Shown here piece after piece: positions 22,660 through 29,755 of a stretch of DNA of 64,000 nt. Origin of the DNA: Rickettsiales bacterium (GTDB taxonomy: Bacteria > Pseudomonadota > Alphaproteobacteria > Rs-D84); contig JAIRUP010000011.1 in assembly GCA_031254335.1 (NCBI GenBank), forward strand, positions 9,199-73,198. Reading direction: 5' to 3'. Position numbers and translations under genes: made by a program. The notes under the pieces were generated by a model that had not been told where the DNA came from, searched no databases, and saw nothing but the letters and a program-made list of their open reading frames with translations. Position 1 is the first letter of the stretch. Every line of letters begins with the position of its first letter.

Positions 22660-24146
22660 AAAAAATATTCGCGCTTATCGCCTTGGCGGCCTGCTGTTTT
22701 TCGGCGCAGGTCGCTTCGGCAAATTTCGGCGTTCAGGCGGCTTGGGACAATCCCGAAGCCAACATGGCCCCCGGAAGCGTCAAGCCCGGATACGCCCAGC
22801 TTAGCTGGTCGCCCGGAACAATCCTTACCATCCGCCTGCGGAACGGAATGGTGACCATGATTAACCTTCCCGAGGGCGAGGAAATCGCGACCGCGGACAT
22901 CGGAAACAGCGGCCTGTTCGAAATACCCGACAACCTTCAAGGCAAACGCTCGTTCATGGTTACACCCATGCCCGACAACCAAGGGTCCGACACAAACCTG
23001 ATTGTCGTCGGACGGTCCGGCAACAAGTATGTGTTCTATCTGCGCTCGGAACCCGCGAACTCTTCCGAAATCACTTATTCGCAGGTCGATATTTCAGTCG
23101 AGGGCCAGCGCGGCGCGCTGGGCGCGGCGCGGAACGGCGGCGGCATGGCCTCGCTTACCAGCAAGCCCGTTTCCAAGGGCGGTGTCAGTTTCGACGGCGA
23201 CGATTACAGCTGGATTAAAAGCATGAAAATCGACCCGTCCGAATTCCGCTTCGACCTGGACATCTTCGTCCCGAACCCGGACGACTATGTCATCGCGCCC
23301 GAACGCGTTTGGCGCGACAGGATTTTCACCTATATCGATTTCGGCGACAAGGTAATCGCAATGACCCAGCGGCCAGTCGTCAGCGTTCTTATCGAGGGCG
23401 GCGAGTCCCCGGTCGGATTCCGAACCGACGGACCCGACGGACGGCTGCTGATTGTCGAAGCCGTCGGCGACATGGTTCTTCGCTCCGGCCAACGCATAGT
23501 CTGCATCAAGAAACGCGCGAAACCGTTCCTGATTTCCAACAGCGCGCAGGTCATGGCTTTGGCCGAGGCCAATGTCGTCAGCCGCATGAACGCCGGAATG
23601 TCATTCAACAGTTCGGTCTATGGCGGCGTGCCGATGGGCGACATGGGAATTGGCATGGGCGGATTCGACAATTCATGGCAGGGCGGCGGAATGGGAATGA
23701 TGCCCGCGAACATGATGTATGGCGACCCTTCGATGATGGACACGGGAAGCAACAATGTATTCATGCCGGGCGGCGGCTCCGCTCCGCGCGTGACGGCGGG
23801 CGCGTATCTGCCCAACCGGGACATCCCCATTGTTTCAAGCAACCAAAAGGGCGTTGCGGTGGAACTGCAATCGGATACTTCGGTGAAAGCACTGAACGAT
23901 TATTGGAACAAGCTGCTTGCGAAGTTCTCGTCCGACACCGGCCAGGGAATTCTCGCGCCGTATGCTTCCAAGGTGTTTTTCGCGGTTGACGAGCAGGGAG
24001 TCGGCTCGCTCGGGACCGGCACGGCGACCGGGCGGCTGTATCGCCTTCGCATAGGGCCGATGTCCGGGATAGACGAGGCGCAGACGCTTTGCAATCAGCT
24101 TGCCAAATTCCAAGGCACCGCGTGCAATGTCGTCCGAATACAATAA
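22656..24146 (+). CDS. virB9: VirB9-like (TrbG/ComB9-type) protein with Gly/Met-rich linker and C-terminal SPOR domain
   Basis: Signal peptide; N-domain (ILTIRLRNGMVTMINLPEGEEI..NLIVVGRSGNKYVFYL); C-domain (PERVWRDRIFTYIDFGD..VVSVLIEGGESPVGFR..GRLLIVEAVGDMVLRSG). The last ~98 aa have the SPOR pattern (LYRLRIGPMSGIDEAQTLCNQL). ATGA overlap with the virB8-like gene. Confidence 0.78.
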   Translation: MKKIFALIALAACCFSAQVASANFGVQAAWDNPEANMAPGSVKPGYAQLSWSPGTILTIRLRNGMVTMINLPEGEEIATADIGNSGLFEIPDNLQGKRSFMVTPMPDNQGSDTNLIVVGRSGNKYVFYLRSEPANSSEITYSQVDISVEGQRGALGAARNGGGMASLTSKPVSKGGVSFDGDDYSWIKSMKIDPSEFRFDLDIFVPNPDDYVIAPERVWRDRIFTYIDFGDKVIAMTQRPVVSVLIEGGESPVGFRTDGPDGRLLIVEAVGDMVLRSGQRIVCIKKRAKPFLISNSAQVMALAEANVVSRMNAGMSFNSSVYGGVPMGDMGIGMGGFDNSWQGGGMGMMPANMMYGDPSMMDTGSNNVFMPGGGSAPRVTAGAYLPNRDIPIVSSNQKGVAVELQSDTSVKALNDYWNKLLAKFSSDTGQGILAPYASKVFFAVDEQGVGSLGTGTATGRLYRLRIGPMSGIDEAQTLCNQLAKFQGTACNVVRIQ

Positions 24147-24152
24147 GGAGGG

Positions 24153-24311
24153 ACAAAAAATCCAAACTCGGTTTTTCGTTTTCGGATTAAATCCCCGAAT
24201 GACACATCGAAAAACCACCCGTCGCGGCGGCGTTACAGGCCAGACGCCGGGTGGTTTTTCTTGGTCCTCGACGATTTCCTCTCGAAAACGCGACCTCGCT
24301 AGGATTTTTTG
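24153..24311 (+). repeat. Extended hairpin element E1 (~150 nt) plus T-tract, between the virB9-like and virB10-like genes
   Basis: Outer arms AAAAAATCC/GGATTTTTT, conserved blocks TTTTCGTTTTCGG and CTCGAAAACGCGA, central 13-bp stem GAAAAACCACCCG/CGGGTGGTTTTTC, then TTTTTTGAG. Confidence 0.65.
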
Positions 24312-24335
24312 AGTTATTTATAAGGCAAGGCAGAA

Positions 24336-26666
24336 TTGAGCAAGATAACGCAATATTTTCAGAATGTAAAAAAGTCCAGTCCGGCTTTGATGCGCTGGGC
24401 GCTGCTTGGCATCGCCGCCATGCTGCTTGTCATATTCATTTTCGTTATATTGCCCGGGACGAAAAATCCGCAGGGGACGCCATCCAATACCGCCTCGAAC
24501 ATAACCGCCAGGCCGGAATCCGCGACGCTTGCGGGAACGGTCGGACAGGAAACCAAGGTCGCAATCGAAATTTCTTCCGCCAATGAAATCGAGATTTTCG
24601 ATGTTCGTTTGGAATCCGTGGACAGCGGCCTTAAAATGAACAATACATGCGCCAGCCTTCAACGAATATCGAAAGACATCCCGTGCCAAGTCAATTTGAC
24701 ATGGACGCCCGCGTCCGAAACAGTCGGCAGGTCCGCGAAGGTTCTTATCGAATACGGCGCGGTCGGCGCGCCGAAAGACGCGGCGATTACGCACGCGATT
24801 TTGGTTTCCATGAACGCGGATGCAAAGGAAGAAGTAATAATAGAAGAAAAATTTTCAGAATCCAAACCGTCGGAAGAAGATATTATCGCGGACTTCTTGA
24901 AGGACGATTCCCCCGCGCCTGTTCAGAATGAAGAATCATTCGAAGACGATTATGCCGACGACGATTTTTCGGACGACGGCCTTTCGGGCGGCTATGATTA
25001 CGACGACGGCGCGGCTTTGACATTCGACGATTCCATCGTTCCGGACGACGGCGACGCGTGCTATCGCTTCGCTTTCGTCGGATACAATGTGTCCGGGCAA
25101 AAGGCCGGATGGATTCGCCCGCACAAAGGCCAATATCTTTTCCATCCGTTTTCCGACACCAAATGCAAAAAGCCGACCGGCATATATAATATGGACACCG
25201 GCTTCATACACGACATCAAGGACCGCTCGAAGAAAATCGGCTCGGATGCCGAACGGGTCCGCGACGCCCGGACGCTTCGCCGCAATATCCAAGTCCCAGA
25301 GCTTAGCAATCCGCCGCAGCAAAAGCAGGTGAATCGCGCGCAGCAATTGACGGGCGACCTTCCCGCCGCCGCGGGCGGCCATGTAAGTTTGGTTTCCACA
25401 TCGCCGGAACGAAGCGAGCTTGTGCCGTCTTCAAAGAGCGGAAACGACGCCATCATTTCTTCCGCAAAACCGTATGACCGCAGGTATGTCCTTCGCCAGT
25501 TCAAGCCCATTCCCGCCACAATAGTAAGCGACATTCGCGTGGACCAAAGGATTCACGACCTTCCCATCGTCGCAACCGTGGAACGGAATGTCTATTCCGA
25601 CAACGAGCGCACCATAATAGTTCCCGTCGGAACAATGCTGCTTGGATATGTCGACGACACCGTCAATCTTCCCGGACCTTATAAAACCATCGGCCGCATA
25701 ACCGTCTGCTGGTATCAGATGATACGGCCCGACGGCGTCGAATTCCATTTGGGCAACGATTGCAGCGTTTATGCCGCCGACAGCCAAGGGCGCGTAGGCG
25801 TGCCGGGCCGCGGCTCGACCGATTACTTGGAAGAAATAGTCATTCCGATGGCGGCGGGTTTGGTTCCCGCGGCGGTCAATCTTGTCGCGCCGATTTCAGA
25901 CCGCTTTGTAAATCAAATCGACCTTAACAACAACACCGTCACCCAAAGCGGGCAGATGCGTTCGAGCGAACTTGCAAAGCAGGAAATCATAAAGTCGTGG
26001 GACAAGGTTTCGCAACGCCTTTTCATGGACATGATGGACAACCTGACGCCGCCTTTCACGATTCCCGCCGGCACGCGCATAACCGTCCTTTCAAGCAAGG
26101 ACCTGATAGTCAACTGGGACAGCGACAAACTTGGCGACGGCAACGCCTATACCCCCAAACCGACCAAGCGCGGGACGCCTCCCAATTTCTCGCAGAACAA
26201 GGAAGAGCTTGTCGGGCAGGTAAGGTCGACGACGGTCGGTCCCGACGGCAAGATTATCTATGACACGCAAAGCCCGTTCCTTCAATCCTTTATGAACCAG
26301 GCCAACCAATACCAATCCCAATATCAGGCCCAGCAGGGCGCGTATTGGAACCAGCAGAACACCGCCGCCGCGCAGGGCAATGTCGACGAATGCGGCAACA
26401 ATAGGTATCTTAACCTGCGGTATATTCCGGGAACCTGCACCATAATGAGCCCGTCGGCCAAGGCCCCGGCACCCGTTCAGGCAATGGAAGACGCGATGTA
26501 TGGCGGAAACCTTACGGCCGGGCCGGGCGGACTTATGTGCGACGACGGAACGCCGCCGGATACATACGGCTGCTGCCCAAGCGCGGGCGAAGAGTTCGTG
26601 AACGAAGACGGCGGGATTTGCTGTTTGATTTCCAGCCCCGACGAATGCTTCCCGCCCCTAATGTAA
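24336..26666 (+). CDS. virB10: VirB10-like (TrbI/ComB10-type) protein with long N-terminal extension and Cys-rich C-terminal tail
   Basis: 776 aa. TM helix near aa 20-40 and an acidic low-complexity region. TrbI/VirB10 core (IPATIVSDIRVD..IVATVERNVYSD..IIVPVGTMLLGY..RPDGVEFHL..DSQGRVGVPG). The last ~90 aa contain 9 Cys. Confidence 0.75.
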   Translation: MSKITQYFQNVKKSSPALMRWALLGIAAMLLVIFIFVILPGTKNPQGTPSNTASNITARPESATLAGTVGQETKVAIEISSANEIEIFDVRLESVDSGLKMNNTCASLQRISKDIPCQVNLTWTPASETVGRSAKVLIEYGAVGAPKDAAITHAILVSMNADAKEEVIIEEKFSESKPSEEDIIADFLKDDSPAPVQNEESFEDDYADDDFSDDGLSGGYDYDDGAALTFDDSIVPDDGDACYRFAFVGYNVSGQKAGWIRPHKGQYLFHPFSDTKCKKPTGIYNMDTGFIHDIKDRSKKIGSDAERVRDARTLRRNIQVPELSNPPQQKQVNRAQQLTGDLPAAAGGHVSLVSTSPERSELVPSSKSGNDAIISSAKPYDRRYVLRQFKPIPATIVSDIRVDQRIHDLPIVATVERNVYSDNERTIIVPVGTMLLGYVDDTVNLPGPYKTIGRITVCWYQMIRPDGVEFHLGNDCSVYAADSQGRVGVPGRGSTDYLEEIVIPMAAGLVPAAVNLVAPISDRFVNQIDLNNNTVTQSGQMRSSELAKQEIIKSWDKVSQRLFMDMMDNLTPPFTIPAGTRITVLSSKDLIVNWDSDKLGDGNAYTPKPTKRGTPPNFSQNKEELVGQVRSTTVGPDGKIIYDTQSPFLQSFMNQANQYQSQYQAQQGAYWNQQNTAAAQGNVDECGNNRYLNLRYIPGTCTIMSPSAKAPAPVQAMEDAMYGGNLTAGPGGLMCDDGTPPDTYGCCPSAGEEFVNEDGGICCLISSPDECFPPLM

Positions 26667-26820
26667 AAAAATGAAAGTGCAATGTTTCAAAATCGGTCTA
26701 TATCGCCCATTATCTTCGCAAAACCGACGCCTCGCGGACGCATCAGTCCAGACTCGGGTCGGTTTTGCTGGATTCCGGGCAATCTATCCTCGATTTTGCG
26801 ATTGCACTAACATTTTTTTG
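26667..26820 (+). repeat. Extended hairpin element E2 plus T-tract, directly after the virB10-like stop
   Basis: Arms AAAAAAATG/CATTTTTTT, GTGCAAT/ATTGCAC and CAAAATCGG/CCTCGATTTTG, central GCAAAACCGAC/GTCGGTTTTGC. Compensatory changes relative to E3. Confidence 0.7.
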
Positions 26821-26851
26821 AACTTATAATATATAAGAAGGAGTGCTTGAA

Positions 26852-26983
26852 ATGAAAAAGACTTTGGTTTTGTTTATTTTGGTTCTGGCGGTTATAGGGA
26901 CGATTGCTTATTTCGCAATGGCTCAGGACGACGGGGACGCCATACCGTGCCATGAAATAGAAATCGCAGAGGTGGAACAATGA
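26852..26983 (+). CDS. 43-aa single-TM micro-protein
   Basis: AAGGAG Shine-Dalgarno. MKKTLVLFILVLAVIGTIAYFAMAQDDGDAIPCHEIEIAEVEQ. Stop overlaps the ATG of the next gene (ATGA). Confidence 0.4.
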   Translation: MKKTLVLFILVLAVIGTIAYFAMAQDDGDAIPCHEIEIAEVEQ

Positions 26984-27360
26984 AGAAAATATTGGCTATT
27001 TCTTTGATTACGGCGGGATTTTGCGCTGGCGCTTCGGCAAAAGAGCCGTTGCTTTTCCTTCCCAATTTCGAGGATGTTCCCGCCGCCGCGGGCTGCGCGG
27101 CCGACGAAGGGTTCCTTTTCTCTGTTCCAGAGGGCAAGATTGTCGAAACCGTAGTGCGTTGCGAAAAATCCATGACTCGCCGCGCTTTTCAGCGGTTTTA
27201 CAAGGATTCCATGAAGGGGCTTGGTTGGGAAATCGTCAAAGACGAGTCCAAAATCCAGGAATTCGTCCGCGAGGGCGACATCCTTAGCATCGAAATTTTA
27301 TCCGCCGAGCCGGTAGAGGCCCGGTTTTCCATGTCTCCTGTCGATAAGGAGCAGGAATAA
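26980..27360 (+). CDS. Secreted hypothetical protein
   Basis: 126 aa, signal peptide MKKILAISLITAGFCAGASA. Confidence 0.6.
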   Translation: MKKILAISLITAGFCAGASAKEPLLFLPNFEDVPAAAGCAADEGFLFSVPEGKIVETVVRCEKSMTRRAFQRFYKDSMKGLGWEIVKDESKIQEFVREGDILSIEILSAEPVEARFSMSPVDKEQE

Positions 27361-27421
27361 TTTCAGTTGCAAAACGAATTCCAAGTGCTAGAATTTTGGC
27401 TAATTCACCGTAAGAGGCTAT

Positions 27422-28579
27422 ATGTCCATACAATATAAAAGGCTGATGAAAAAGCTGATTTCCTGGTCCGGGCTGGTATTCTTCGCGCTGGCCGCAGTCA
27501 TGCTTTACTGGCAGCTGTCCCACTATTCGCTTATGGAGATTCTGCATATTCTTTGGAATATTCCGCCGCGCAACCTTTTCCTGGCCTGCGTCGCCGCGTT
27601 CTTCGGCTATGTCGCCTTGTCGTTCTACGATTATCTCGCGCTGCGATACATAGGCCGCATGGTTTCGTGGTGGAAATGGATGCTGGCCGGAATGCTGGGC
27701 TTCGCCATCAGCAACAACGCCGGCCACGCCGTCATTTCCGGCGGAAGCATTCGATACAGGCTTTACACCCGCTGGCGCATAAAGGCGTCCGAAATCGTCA
27801 AAATGGTCGGGTTTTCCGGCTTCACTTATTTCATCGGCTGCATATCGATAGTCACGGTCGCGTTCTTCATGGTCCCGCGCGAGACATTCAGCGGCGAAAT
27901 CATGGGCGGCGTCGGCATGAACCTGTTCATGGCGTTCTGCCTGGCCAGCCTGCTGCTTTATTTCGGCGGCTCGCTTTTCTATCGGAAAAAAATCAGAATC
28001 TTCAACCTTAAATTCAGGCTGCCGAATTTTTGGACCGCGATGTGGCAGGCCATAATCGGCATGACCGACAGCGTTCTGGCCGGGCTTGTGCTTTATTCGA
28101 TATTGTCCGCGTTCGTCGATATTCCCTTCATGACATTCATCAGCGTTTTCGTCATCGCACAAGTCGTCGGCGTGTTCAGCCAGGTTCCCGGCGGAATCGG
28201 AGTATTCGAGACGATGTTCATGCTTGCGATGCCCGAGCTTGCGGGCGGGTCGAACGCCGCGCTTTTCGCAAGCCTTATCGCCTACCGCATAATATATTTC
28301 CTTCTGCCGCTGCTTGGAATCGGCGGCGCGTTCGTCGTCTACGAATACATACTGCGGTCGCGCATGAAACGATGGATAGAGGAAGCCAAAGCCGCCAGCG
28401 TGCGCGCCGGGCATATAGCCGCCGCGCCGTTCGTCGCGGTGTCGCACGGAGTCTATAACATAACGCACAGGCATAAAGGCGACGCGACAATCAGGCGCGG
28501 CGCGCGCGCGACCAAGGTCCGCGCCGAACCCGGCCCGCGCCGGGGCCTGCGCTGGCTTAAAAAATCAAACAAAGATTAA
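27422..28579 (+). CDS. Polytopic membrane protein, lysylphosphatidylglycerol-synthase TM/flippase-like (UPF0104) domain
   Basis: 385 aa with about 8 predicted TM helices. The N-terminal pattern resembles the MprF flippase region. No synthase domain is present. Confidence 0.65.
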   Translation: MSIQYKRLMKKLISWSGLVFFALAAVMLYWQLSHYSLMEILHILWNIPPRNLFLACVAAFFGYVALSFYDYLALRYIGRMVSWWKWMLAGMLGFAISNNAGHAVISGGSIRYRLYTRWRIKASEIVKMVGFSGFTYFIGCISIVTVAFFMVPRETFSGEIMGGVGMNLFMAFCLASLLLYFGGSLFYRKKIRIFNLKFRLPNFWTAMWQAIIGMTDSVLAGLVLYSILSAFVDIPFMTFISVFVIAQVVGVFSQVPGGIGVFETMFMLAMPELAGGSNAALFASLIAYRIIYFLLPLLGIGGAFVVYEYILRSRMKRWIEEAKAASVRAGHIAAAPFVAVSHGVYNITHRHKGDATIRRGARATKVRAEPGPRRGLRWLKKSNKD

Positions 28580-28642
28580 ACTTGACAAAAGGCCCCATAT
28601 GATTAAAATGGGGGACGCAGAAATAAAAAAAGGAAAACTTAA

Positions 28643-28810
28643 ATGTCAAAGATGAAAATACTTATGAATATGCTCAAAAAGAATCCGAAGGTCCTGTTGT
28701 TTGTCGTGCCGCCCGCCTTGGCAATCACGATTTTATACAAGGCGCAGAGCGACAACTATAAAAACGACTTGAAGAAAAGAATAATCAACGCGGTCAAGCG
28801 CGCGCGATAA
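28643..28810 (+). CDS. 55-aa single-TM micro-protein
   Basis: TTGACA-N16-TAAAAT promoter at about 28581..28608, AGGAAA Shine-Dalgarno. MSKMKILMNMLKKNPKVLLFVVPPALAITILYKAQSD.., followed by a strong terminator. Confidence 0.35.
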   Translation: MSKMKILMNMLKKNPKVLLFVVPPALAITILYKAQSDNYKNDLKKRIINAVKRAR

Positions 28811-28829
28811 TAAAAAGCCGTCCGCAAAA

Positions 28830-28857
28830 AGCCCCGGCTTGACCGGGGCTTTTTTTT
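28830..28857 (+). terminator. Rho-independent terminator
   Basis: AGCCCCGG-cttgac-CCGGGGCT followed by T7. Confidence 0.8.
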
Positions 28858-28885
28858 ATGCTGTAATCATCAAAAGGGGGCGGAC

Positions 28886-29755
28886 ATGAGCGACGCAATT
28901 TTCATAGACATCGGGTCAAGCACCATCAAGGTTTATTCCAAATCCGCGGACGGCGCGCTGGATTTGACCGACGAAAAATCGATTCTTTTCAAGGACGGAT
29001 TCACGCAGGACGCCGGCGTCGCGGCGCACAATATAGACGCGCTGCTGGAATACTTGGAACAATGGCGCGGGCGGAATGTCCGAACTTTCGCAACGGGAAT
29101 TTGGCGCGAGCTCCCGGCCGCGCAGGCGAAAAGCCTTGGCGAAAACAGCCCCGTCGGATTCAATATAATTTCGCACGACGACGAGGCGCGCTATCTGAAA
29201 CAGGCCGCGGACCTGCCGTTCGCCGGCAAGAAGGCAATGGTTATAAACATGGGCGGCAAAACCACAGAAATCGTTTCCGTTCTGCCAAACTTTGATACCA
29301 AGACGCAGCTCTTAAAAATCGGCGTCGCGGACTTGCTGAACCAATTCCCGAATGTGAACGAGGAAATCTCCGGCGCGAGCATCGAAGAGATGGAAAAATT
29401 CGTCCGCGACAAACTGGACGCCGAACAATTCGACACCGATTACGACTTCGCGCTTTTCACGGGCGAGCTGCGGTTCGAGAAGCTGTCCGGCTATCCATTG
29501 GAACCGAACGCGCAGTTTTCCGAAGCCAACCATCCGTTCCAAGTTTCAATCGACGGCTTCATCATTGGCACGCGCAGGATATTCTTCGACATGACGATGT
29601 CGGAACTTCGCGCGCTTATGCCGAAAAATCCAAACTGGATGAGCGGCGCGCGGCCTGGCGCGGTTCTTCCGCTTGCGATTTTCAACCGCGCGAAAATCAA
29701 AGCCATCGTTCCCAGCGACTTGAATCTTATCAACGGAGTTGTCAAAGATTTCTAA
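28886..29755 (+). CDS. ASKHA-superfamily (Ppx/GppA- or actin-like ATPase) protein
   Basis: 289 aa. The N-terminal phosphate-1 motif FIDIGSSTIKVY and a later NMGGKTTE resemble Ppx/GppA-type nucleotide-binding folds. Confidence 0.5.
   Translation: MSDAIFIDIGSSTIKVYSKSADGALDLTDEKSILFKDGFTQDAGVAAHNIDALLEYLEQWRGRNVRTFATGIWRELPAAQAKSLGENSPVGFNIISHDDEARYLKQAADLPFAGKKAMVINMGGKTTEIVSVLPNFDTKTQLLKIGVADLLNQFPNVNEEISGASIEEMEKFVRDKLDAEQFDTDYDFALFTGELRFEKLSGYPLEPNAQFSEANHPFQVSIDGFIIGTRRIFFDMTMSELRALMPKNPNWMSGARPGAVLPLAIFNRAKIKAIVPSDLNLINGVVKDF

Noticed and set aside
27284-28474. 396-aa ORF on the - strand
   Set aside because: It is antisense to the polytopic flippase-like membrane protein. The product is highly charged and His/Arg/Glu-rich, and it lacks a start context.
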